NCBI GenBank assembly: GCA_964401175.1
Contig: CAYNXN010000001.1
Coordinates: forward strand, 1 to 38,099
Direction of reading: 5' to 3'
DNA length: 38,099 bases
DNA from: an uncultured Dehalococcoidales bacterium
Lineage (GTDB): Bacteria > Chloroflexota > Dehalococcoidia > GIF9 > AB-539-J10
A program made the translations under genes and the position numbers. Positions within the stretch are counted from its first letter, which is position 1. The number at the start of each line of letters is the position of its first letter. Of this stretch, positions 1-7,830 are shown in pieces. The notes under the pieces are model-generated. The model worked only from the letters and a program-made list of their open reading frames with translations, was not told where the DNA came from and did no database searches.

Positions 1-643
1 GGAGACCAAGACCAAGCGCCTCGGTAAGACAGTTCATGGTGTTGGCGGTCCACATCCCGGAGCAACTGCCACAGCCAGGGCTGGCGCAATGTTCCATGCG
101 CTGCATACGTTCACGCGTCAGCGAACCGCGTGCGATCTCGCCAACTGCGGCGAAAAGCATCCCCGAGTCCAGTTCCACCTCCATGCGGTCGGGCATTCGG
201 CCGGCCAGCATCGGTCCGCCGCTGACGAAGATGCAGGGCAGGTTGAGCCGGGCGGCCGCCATCAGCATTCCTGGCACGATCTTGTCACAGTTGGGAATGA
301 ACACCAGCGCATCGAACTGATGCGCCTGCGCCATCAGTTCGATTGAGTCGGCGATGACCTCACGGGTGGGCAGAATGTAACGCATGCCGGCGTGTGCTTG
401 TGCCACACCGTCGCACGCGGCGATAGTGTTGAACTCAAAGGGAGTGCCTCCAGCCTCTCTGACCCCGGCTTTGACGGCGTCAGCAATGGTCCGAAGGTGC
501 ACGTGGCCTGGAACAACCTCGCTGAAGCTGTTAACCACTCCCACGAACGGAAGTGCCATCTCGTAGTCGTCGACTCCAGTGGCATGAAGCAGGGAACGGT
601 GTACTCCCCGTTCGAGACCCTTCCTGACCGTGTAGCTTCTCAT
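1..643 (-). CDS. IlvD/Edd-family dehydratase (dihydroxy-acid or aldonate dehydratase), N-terminal 214 codons; 3' part lies outside the window
   Basis: Absent from the ORF track because it runs off the edge. My reverse translation from ATG (643-641) reads [50 protein letters not shown]...[33 protein letters not shown]...[28 protein letters not shown]. This is the conserved N-terminal half of IlvD/Edd enzymes, including the cluster-binding Cys positions. True IlvD cannot be separated from a sugar-acid dehydratase on this fragment. Confidence 0.85.
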   Translation of the reverse strand, partial: MRSYTVRKGLERGVHRSLLHATGVDDYEMALPFVGVVNSFSEVVPGHVHLRTIADAVKAGVREAGGTPFEFNTIAACDGVAQAHAGMRYILPTREVIADSIELMAQAHQFDALVFIPNCDKIVPGMLMAAARLNLPCIFVSGGPMLAGRMPDRMEVELDSGMLFAAVGEIARGSLTRERMQRMEHCASPGCGSCSGMWTANTMNCLTEALGLGL

Positions 644-717
644 GCTGTCACCTCTCTGCATTGGTCACCGTGCCAACTCCGTCGATTCACTGCTTTCCCG
701 CTGGTCCTGGTCGAACG

Positions 718-1980
718 TCACTGCGCCATGAGAGGCAAGACGAGCGGCCCCTCCGGGATGACGGCGATATCAGCCCGCGGGCCGATGCGCCTGATAGCCT
801 CTGAAACCGCAGCGTCCAGATCCGACACGGGCTCGATCCACAGGCTGCCAATCAGTTCCGGATCAAGCTCGGAGCGCAGCATGATCTGGTTCCGCATCTG
901 GATGCGGGCGAGAATCTGGTTCTGCCACTGAACACCGATCGGTTCCTCACGCCGTATGCGCTGCATGACGTCGATCGGATTGGCGCATGAACGATGGAGC
1001 GCAACAAAAGAGTCAGGTCCGGCGCCGGCGGAGCAGCTGGAGGCGCTGATGATGATTCCGCCATCCCGCGTAATCACAGACGCGTTGTCCATCCCCTTCA
1101 CCGTCTGGTAGAGATCGAGGTCCAGAGGCGCGCCGCTGTTGGTAGTAACCACGATGTCGACTCTCTGGGGCACATCGACGCCCGTTGTCTCACGTGCAAC
1201 GCGACAACCGGCCTCGTGCGCCTCAACCAGGTCGCCGGCAAACACGGCTGTGATCGCCTTCTGCCTGTTGAGCAGGACGTTCACTATGAAGTCGAGCCTG
1301 GCCATCCTCGCCTGTTCAACCATATCCTCGTGAATCGGATTTCTCGCAAGGACCCCCGCCCGCGCATTGGGGTCGGCGATCATGCGGTAGCCATGATTGA
1401 CATAGGCGGACTCGCGCGCAAAGACCCCCGGAGCGATGCTCTTGCGCCCGCCGGAGAATCCGGCGAAAAAATGCGGCTCAATGAACCCCGTGGCAAGGCG
1501 GAAATCTGCCTCCACCACCAGCCGATTGATGTTCACGGGAGTACCCCGCGTTGTGGTCCCGATGTTCACCACTGCGGATGGATCATGATTCACCACCGTG
1601 TAGTTGGACACGATGGCGTTGCCAAGCAGTTGACGTAGTTCGGCAGTATCGAGCGGCGGGTGGAGACCGAGCGCAACCACGATGGTAATCTGCTGACGAG
1701 GAACCACCGCCTCCAGTTCGGCCAGAATTGGAGGCAGTAGGCGATCATCCGGACACGCCCTGGTGTTGTCGGTGACGATGACCACGACGCGGTCGGTCGG
1801 ACGCACTCGCTCGGCAAGTGGGCGTGAACCGATCGGCTGCCGCAAGGCACTGATGACGGCAGTGTACTCGTCCCGGAGCCCGGCCGTCTGCCGGGGCTCC
1901 AGGACGAACCTGAGATGACGCTTCGGTATCTGTACCGTCAAGTATCTGTTTCCGTACGGCAGTTGAAAAGACTCGTTCAT
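718..1980 (-). CDS. larA: LarA-family nickel-pincer-nucleotide (NPN)-dependent 2-hydroxyacid racemase/epimerase (DUF2088)
   Basis: 420-aa ORF with LarA-type blocks: VVVIVTDNTR, VALGLHPP, GFIEPHFFAGFSGGRKSIAPG, YVNHGYRM and a C-terminal LarA_C-like region. It begins 6 nt after the stop of the upstream oxidase gene. Confidence 0.85.
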   Translation of the reverse strand: MNESFQLPYGNRYLTVQIPKRHLRFVLEPRQTAGLRDEYTAVISALRQPIGSRPLAERVRPTDRVVVIVTDNTRACPDDRLLPPILAELEAVVPRQQITIVVALGLHPPLDTAELRQLLGNAIVSNYTVVNHDPSAVVNIGTTTRGTPVNINRLVVEADFRLATGFIEPHFFAGFSGGRKSIAPGVFARESAYVNHGYRMIADPNARAGVLARNPIHEDMVEQARMARLDFIVNVLLNRQKAITAVFAGDLVEAHEAGCRVARETTGVDVPQRVDIVVTTNSGAPLDLDLYQTVKGMDNASVITRDGGIIISASSCSAGAGPDSFVALHRSCANPIDVMQRIRREEPIGVQWQNQILARIQMRNQIMLRSELDPELIGSLWIEPVSDLDAAVSEAIRRIGPRADIAVIPEGPLVLPLMAQ

Positions 1981-1986
1981 AATGCC

Positions 1987-3357
1987 CTACCTGATGGCGG
2001 CGCCCGGGTTCAGTATGTTGTTTGGATCGAACAGCTTCTTGATACCGCGCATGATCTCTTCTTGCTTGGGGTCCATTAGCAGGGCGAGATACTTCAATCG
2101 TATCTTGCCGACGCCATGCTCCCCGGTCACCACGCCACCCAACTTGATGGCAGCCTCATAGATCGCCTGCTTCACCTCTTCGGCCGTGCCTCGTTCAACG
2201 AGTTCCTTGAGCATGTACGGGTGGAAGTTCCCGTCGCCCGCATGCGCGATGGTGAATATCTCCGTGTCGTATTTGGCCGCGATGTCATCGAGTGCATCGA
2301 GCATCTTACCGAGGCTCGCAGGAGGAACGGTGATGTCGGAGTCGCCGGCGATGAGCGGCTTCATCGCAGAATACACCTCACTGCGTATCTTGAGAATGTC
2401 CGCCTGCTCTTGCTGTCGCTCGGCGATAAGTACGTTGACGGCCCCGTTGTTCTGACAGACCTCGGACATCGTCTCCGCCTGGAAGTACACGTCATCCTCG
2501 TTGGCGCCTGCAAGAATCAGGATCAGGTGCGCGATTCCGGTCTGCGCCGGCCATTTCATGCCGAGATTGTCCGCCGACATCGTGATGACCTTGTGATCTA
2601 CATACTCGATGGCCATGGGTATCACGCCGCTCTGCAGTATCTTCGGTACGGTGTTGATCGCCTTGTGACGATCGTCGAAGGACACCACCAGCGTGGCGGT
2701 CCCCGCGAACTTTGGATAAAGACGCATGGTCGCTTTGGTGATTATTCCAAGAATCCCTTCACTGTCAATCAGCAACTGCATGAGGTCGAGACCGGTGTTG
2801 TTCTTGAGCAGCTTGCCGCCCATGGTTGTGATCTCGCCGGTAGGGAGAACCACCTCCATGCCCTTGACGTACTGCCGCACGACTCCGTACTTGACCGCGC
2901 GCGAGCCGCCGGCATTCGCGGCGATCATGCCACCAACCTGAGCGCCTTCGTCGCCGGGATGCGGCGGAAACAACAGATTGGCTTTGTCGACCGCCTCAAG
3001 CAGTTGCGCCAGCGTAACTCCAGCCTGAGCAACCACCATCAGGTTCTCAGTGTCGACCTCCTCCACCTTATCGAAGCGTTCCATGGACAGGACGATGCCG
3101 TCCTGCGTAGGCACCGCACCGCAAACGAGGCCGGTCCCGGCGCCGCGCGGATAGACCGGCGTCTTGTCACGGTTTGCCAGCTTGAGAATCTCGGAGATCT
3201 CCTCAGACGTCCCTGGCTTGACCACAACCACGTGCTCCGCCGGTTCCAGCCGCTGCGCCGCTGTGGTCTCGTCATATAGATACGTCTGCATCTGGGCCCG
3301 ATCAGTGATGACCCAATCCGGCCCGACGATAGCTTTAAGACCCTCGACATCAATCAT
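1987..3357 (-). CDS. FAD-linked oxidase / D-2-hydroxyacid dehydrogenase, GlcD family (paralog 1)
   Basis: Track ORF is 1987..3381. I trimmed the start to ATG 3357 because AAGGAGGA lies 9 nt upstream and the paralogs start at the equivalent residue (MIDVEGLKAIVGPDW). FAD_binding_4 and FAD-oxidase_C blocks are present: YPRGAGTG, NAGGSRAVKYGVVRQYV, GKLLKNNTGLDL, HAGDGNFHP, GEHGVGK. Confidence 0.85.
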   Translation of the reverse strand: MIDVEGLKAIVGPDWVITDRAQMQTYLYDETTAAQRLEPAEHVVVVKPGTSEEISEILKLANRDKTPVYPRGAGTGLVCGAVPTQDGIVLSMERFDKVEEVDTENLMVVAQAGVTLAQLLEAVDKANLLFPPHPGDEGAQVGGMIAANAGGSRAVKYGVVRQYVKGMEVVLPTGEITTMGGKLLKNNTGLDLMQLLIDSEGILGIITKATMRLYPKFAGTATLVVSFDDRHKAINTVPKILQSGVIPMAIEYVDHKVITMSADNLGMKWPAQTGIAHLILILAGANEDDVYFQAETMSEVCQNNGAVNVLIAERQQEQADILKIRSEVYSAMKPLIAGDSDITVPPASLGKMLDALDDIAAKYDTEIFTIAHAGDGNFHPYMLKELVERGTAEEVKQAIYEAAIKLGGVVTGEHGVGKIRLKYLALLMDPKQEEIMRGIKKLFDPNNILNPGAAIR

Positions 3358-3422
3358 GGTAGTGCTTCCTCCTTGTTCCAATCAGTGTCGTTCCGTGCTG
3401 TTATCTCTATGCTGCGCCCGGG

Positions 3423-4793
3423 CTACTTCACCGCCGAGTCAGGACTGAGTATGTGGTTCGGGTCGAACAGGTGCTTCAGTCCGCGCATCAGCTCAAGCGA
3501 CCTGGCATCGATGCACATATCCAGTTCGGCCAGCCTGGTCTTTCCGATGCCGTGTTCCCCGCTGATGACGCCGCCCAACTCGATGGCTTTGGCGTATATC
3601 TTGCGCTTCACCTCGGTCGCCAGCCCCCGTTCTTTCAATTCGAGCATAAGGTGCGGGTGGAAGTTGCCGTCCCCGGCATGTGCCACCATCGGGATTCTGG
3701 TCTTGTACTGCGCCGCAAGAGTGTCCACCACATCCATCATGTCGCCAACCGCAGCCGGCGGAACCGTAACGTCGAGTATCTCCGCCAGTTCCGCTTTGTA
3801 GGTCATGCTCTCCTCGCTGCGTATCCGCAGTATGTGTGCCTGTTCCTCCCGGCTCTCAGCCATAAGCGTGTCGACCGCGCCGCTGGCTTCGCAGACCTCA
3901 GAGATCTGCTGGCATTGTTCGTAGACATCGTCTTCATTCGTACCAGTGACGATCACAATCAGATGCGACCTGCCTTTCGTCGCCGGCCAGGTTGTGCCCA
4001 GATACCGGGCGGTGTCCTCCATCAGATCGCGGTCGACGTATTCGATCGCCATCGGGATGACTCCCGCCTGGAGTATCCTCGGGACGGCTCGAATCGCAGC
4101 ATGGCGGTCATCGAACGACACCACCAGGGTGGCCGGTCCTGCGAACTTCGGATAGAGTCTGAGTACCACCTTGGTGATGATGCCCAGGATGCCTTCACTG
4201 TCAATCATCAGATGCATCAGGTCCAGGCCGGTGTTGTTCTTGAGCAGCTTGCCGCCCATGGTGATGATCTCCCCGGTGGGCAGCACCACCTCGAGGCCCT
4301 TAACGTAGTTCCGAACCACGCCGTATTTGACGGCCCTGGTACCTCCGGCGTTGCACGCCACCAATCCACCGAGCTGCGCCCCTTCATCTCCCGGGTGAGG
4401 TGGAAACAGCAGTCCGCGTGATTCCACCGCCTCCAGCAACTGGGCCAGTGTTACCCCGGCCTCGGCAACAACCATCAGGTTCTCGCTGTCAACCTCAAGC
4501 ACCTTATCCAGACGCTCGAGGGACACGATGACTCCATCACGTGTAGGGATGGACCCCGCGCACACCCCGGTGCCTCCTCCACGCGGATAGATGGGGAAGG
4601 AATCCTCGTTCGCCAGCTTCACCACCCGCGCGATCTCATCGGTGTTTGCCGGTTTGACCACGACAACCCGGTCGGCTGGCCGCATGATGAGACCGGTGTA
4701 CGTCTCATCCACCAGGTATCTGGCCATCTGCTCGCGGTCTGTGACGACCCAATCCTCGCCCACAATGTCCTTCAATCTGCCGACATCAAACAT
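3423..4793 (-). CDS. FAD-linked oxidase / D-2-hydroxyacid dehydrogenase, GlcD family (paralog 2)
   Basis: 456-aa ORF with the same blocks as paralog 1: YPRGGGTG, NAGGTRAVKYGVVRNYV, HAGDGNFHP, GEHGIGK. GGAGAGGAG lies upstream of the ATG. Confidence 0.85.
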   Translation of the reverse strand: MFDVGRLKDIVGEDWVVTDREQMARYLVDETYTGLIMRPADRVVVVKPANTDEIARVVKLANEDSFPIYPRGGGTGVCAGSIPTRDGVIVSLERLDKVLEVDSENLMVVAEAGVTLAQLLEAVESRGLLFPPHPGDEGAQLGGLVACNAGGTRAVKYGVVRNYVKGLEVVLPTGEIITMGGKLLKNNTGLDLMHLMIDSEGILGIITKVVLRLYPKFAGPATLVVSFDDRHAAIRAVPRILQAGVIPMAIEYVDRDLMEDTARYLGTTWPATKGRSHLIVIVTGTNEDDVYEQCQQISEVCEASGAVDTLMAESREEQAHILRIRSEESMTYKAELAEILDVTVPPAAVGDMMDVVDTLAAQYKTRIPMVAHAGDGNFHPHLMLELKERGLATEVKRKIYAKAIELGGVISGEHGIGKTRLAELDMCIDARSLELMRGLKHLFDPNHILSPDSAVK

Positions 4794-4834
4794 GTACAGA
4801 ATTCTCCTCTCCAGGGATTAGTCGTCTCGAAGCC

Positions 4835-5995
4835 TCAGATGGTTGGACCAACAGTATAGATGTTGGAATTGACACCGGACGAATCGTACTGCAGCAGTTC
4901 TGCCTTGACTGCCTCACCCGAGAACACGCGGAGAACCGCGTCAAACACGCGCGAGCCCGCCGATTCGACCGTCTCTATGCCGGAAACGATGTTGCTGACG
5001 TCAAGATCGATGTACTCAGAGAGCAACTGGCACGTATGGGCGTTACCTGACACCTTGATGACCGGCGCGAGCGGAAAGCCTTGCGGCGCGCCGATGCCAG
5101 TGGAGAAGAGCATCACCTGGCAGCCGGCCGAAGCAAGACCCGTCAGGAACTCCATCTCACGTCCCGGCGAGTCCATGAAGTACAACCCGGGTGCCGGCGG
5201 GCGTTCGCCGTAGCGCACGACGCCGGTGATGGGACAGGTGCCCGACTTCACTATCGCACCAAGTGATTTCTCCTCGATTGTCGTCAATCCGCCGCGTATG
5301 TTGCCCTCGGTCGGCTGCCCTCCGCGCATATCAACACCCATGACACTTGCCCGGGCTTCCATGGCGTTGACGCAATCGAGGAGCTTCCCGGCCACCTCGG
5401 CCGTGGCCGCACGACGCACAAGGATGTGTTCCGCGCCGATCACCTCGGTTGTCTCACCGAATATAACCGTGGCTCCCGCCTGGACCAGCCTGTCCGCAGC
5501 ATTTCCCACCGCCGTATTCGATGCGAGTCCTGAGGTGGTGTCCGATGCACCGCACTTGACCCCGATCACAAGTTCCCGCAGCGAAGCCTCACGTCCTGTG
5601 GAGTCGAGGCCCGATGCAAAGCGACGTGCCGCCTCAAGGCCGTGGGCGACTGCGCGGGTAATGCCACCAACGGCCTGGACCCGCACAAGAGAAATCGGTT
5701 TGTGTGCTTCCACGGCGGCGACGATGTCCTCGGCAGTCACCGACTCGCAGCCCAGGCTGACCAGAACCACAGCAGCCACATTCGGATTAAGGCAGATGCC
5801 GGTGAGCGCATCGGTGACCAGCTTGACGTCAGTCGGCAACTGACAACAACCCTGGTGGTGCAGCATCGGCCGCGCCTCGGGAACGCTGGCGGCGATCCTG
5901 CGTGCGACTTCATTGACACAGCCCACCGTGGGAATCACCGCAACGTAGTTGCGTGCTCCCGCCGGTCCGGTACTGCGCGCAAAACCGTGCAACAT
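4835..5995 (-). CDS. UxaA-family (altronate/galactarate-type) dehydratase, large catalytic domain only, no SAF domain
   Basis: Track ORF is 4835..6034 (GTG). I prefer ATG 5995 because GGAGGTG lies 4 nt upstream. The protein starts directly in the GD_AH_C-type domain: ARNYVAVIPTVGC...HHQGCCQ...VSLGCES...GVKCGASDTTSG...GNIRGGLTTIEEKSLGA. Confidence 0.8.
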   Translation of the reverse strand: MLHGFARSTGPAGARNYVAVIPTVGCVNEVARRIAASVPEARPMLHHQGCCQLPTDVKLVTDALTGICLNPNVAAVVLVSLGCESVTAEDIVAAVEAHKPISLVRVQAVGGITRAVAHGLEAARRFASGLDSTGREASLRELVIGVKCGASDTTSGLASNTAVGNAADRLVQAGATVIFGETTEVIGAEHILVRRAATAEVAGKLLDCVNAMEARASVMGVDMRGGQPTEGNIRGGLTTIEEKSLGAIVKSGTCPITGVVRYGERPPAPGLYFMDSPGREMEFLTGLASAGCQVMLFSTGIGAPQGFPLAPVIKVSGNAHTCQLLSEYIDLDVSNIVSGIETVESAGSRVFDAVLRVFSGEAVKAELLQYDSSGVNSNIYTVGPTI

Positions 5996-6035
5996 CGCAC
6001 ACCTCCATCGAATCTGATTCAGAATCGTTGCCACC

Positions 6036-7412
6036 CTACGGAATGGCAGTGCCGGGATTGAGGATGCCGTTCGGATCGAACAACCGCTTCAGGCCGCGCA
6101 TCAACTCGATCGACTTATCGTCCAGACACAGGGGCATCTCCTTGAGGCGTATCTTGCCCACGCCATGTTCGGCCGTGATCACACCGCCGAGTGCGGCTGC
6201 CGCGGCGTAGAGCTCCCGCTTCACCGCCTGCAATTGACCCCTGTCATGCAGCTCCAGAGGCAGATGCGGATGCAGGTTGCCATCGCCGGCGTGTCCATAG
6301 GTGATGATGCGCGTTCCATACTTTCGGCCAATTTCATCGACGGTATCCAGAAAACCCGCGATGTCGGCGGGCGGTATCGCCATGTCAAGAACGTCCGCAA
6401 CGCGTGGTTTCAGCACGGGATACAGCTCACTTCGTATCTTGAGGATGTCCGCCTGTTCTTCCCGTGTCTCGGCCATCACAGTGTCCACGACACCGAGGGT
6501 TTCACACACCTTCAGGACATCAGAGGCCTGCTGGTACACGTCATCGTCGCTACTACCCGTGATGATGGCGATGAGGTGAGCGGTACCCTTCCGCGCCGGC
6601 CATTGCTTTCCAAGATGGGCGGCGGAAATCTCTATGACGTCTCTCTCAACGTACTCCAGCGCCAGTGGAATGACGCCTGTCTGCAGTATCTTCGGCACGG
6701 CTTTGATTGCCGCATGCCGGTCATCGAAGGAGATCACGAGGGTTGCCGTGCTGGCGGACCTGGGATAGAGCCTGAAAACGACCTTCGTGACTATTCCCAG
6801 CACGCCTTCGGAATCGATCATGAGATGCAGCAGGTCAAGTCCAGTGTTGTTCTTCAACAATTTGCCGCCCATGGTGATGATCTCGCCAGTCGGCAGCACA
6901 ACTTCCAGACCCTTGACGTACTGTCGAACAACGCCGTACTTGACGGCGCGAGTGCCGCCGGCATTGCAGACCACAAGGCCTCCCAGTTGAGCTCCCTCGT
7001 CGCCAGGATGCGGTGGAAAGGAGAGACCAACCGCTTCGACAGCACGCAGCAGCTTGTCCAGCGTCGCACCGGCCTCTGCGACCACCATGAGGTTGTCGGT
7101 GTCGACTTCGAGAATGCGGTCAAGACGCTCCAGAGAAAGCACGATCCCGCCGCGGGTCGGCACCGCCGCTCCGACGCATCCCGTACCACCTCCGCGCGGG
7201 ACCACAGGAACGAGCCGACGGTTTGCCATTCGCATGATTTGTGAGATCTGCTCGGCGTCGGCCGGCTTGACCACCACCACATCGTCGCCCGGGACGGGGC
7301 AGACCGGCAGCGCGGTCACATCCAGCAGGTACGATTGCATCGCTTCACGTTCGGTCACCACCCAATCCGGCCCGACGATTTCTCTCAGCTCAGCAAGCAC
7401 TTCGTTGTTCAC
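6036..7412 (-). CDS. FAD-linked oxidase / D-2-hydroxyacid dehydrogenase, GlcD family (paralog 3)
   Basis: Track ORF is 6036..7433. I trimmed the start to GTG 7412 because AAGGAGGA lies immediately upstream and the N-terminus (MNNEVLAELREIVGPDW) then aligns with the paralogs. Blocks: VPRGGGTG, NAGGTRAVKYGVVRQYV, HAGDGNLHP, AEHGVGK. Confidence 0.85.
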   Translation of the reverse strand: MNNEVLAELREIVGPDWVVTEREAMQSYLLDVTALPVCPVPGDDVVVVKPADAEQISQIMRMANRRLVPVVPRGGGTGCVGAAVPTRGGIVLSLERLDRILEVDTDNLMVVAEAGATLDKLLRAVEAVGLSFPPHPGDEGAQLGGLVVCNAGGTRAVKYGVVRQYVKGLEVVLPTGEIITMGGKLLKNNTGLDLLHLMIDSEGVLGIVTKVVFRLYPRSASTATLVISFDDRHAAIKAVPKILQTGVIPLALEYVERDVIEISAAHLGKQWPARKGTAHLIAIITGSSDDDVYQQASDVLKVCETLGVVDTVMAETREEQADILKIRSELYPVLKPRVADVLDMAIPPADIAGFLDTVDEIGRKYGTRIITYGHAGDGNLHPHLPLELHDRGQLQAVKRELYAAAAALGGVITAEHGVGKIRLKEMPLCLDDKSIELMRGLKRLFDPNGILNPGTAIP

Positions 7413-7830
7413 CTGTCCTCCTTGATCACCCACGCACTAACCCGGCTCGCGAACCCGCTGCCACTACGCAGCAGGCCGGAATGCGTTCGAGGAAGGGAAA
7501 TGTCCGACGGGAGCGATGGGACCGTCGCCGCCACAAACCAGTGGCAGAGCCGGCGAGAAGCCAGTAGCAGAACGACCGGGAGCGGCCCTGGCGGTAGAAC
7601 GATGGCGCGCCGTTCAGTGGAATCAAGTGACTGATCTCCTGCCGCGACGCGAGGAGCCGTCCGGCCGATGCGTGCCAAGGGACAAGGTGTCCTGCGTCCG
7701 GTCAGGCGAATTCTACACTTCCATGCCGACCTTTGGTATACCGCACACATGTGAGACGGCGCTGTGAACGACCTTGACGCTCGCGATAACTCGATGCTAC
7801 TCTTGCGAAATCAGTTCCGAGTCACAGGGC

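Noticed and set aside
2116-3279. Long plus-strand ORFs antisense to the three oxidase genes (2116..3279, 3453..4421, 6165..7244) and shorter nested ones
   Set aside because: They lie entirely opposite strongly supported CDSs, are Arg/His/Gly-rich with no recognisable motifs, and have no SD. These are typical high-GC shadow ORFs.
7434-7773. Possible riboswitch or structured RNA (cobalamin B12-box-like GCCACTGG on the minus strand, TPP-like CTGATC, SRP-like CCGGTCAGG, RNase P-like GAGGAAGGGAAATGTCCG)
   Set aside because: Each resemblance is a single short fragment. The other obligatory conserved elements of these families are absent on either strand. The region is kept only as an unexplained long spacer in the findings.
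7774-7830. TTG 7774 as the guaA start (574-aa track ORF)
   Set aside because: The TTG lies within a TTGACG hexamer that fits a -35 box, and the added 19 residues ([19 protein letters not shown]) have no GuaA counterpart. ATG 7831 is preferred, although neither start has a good SD.
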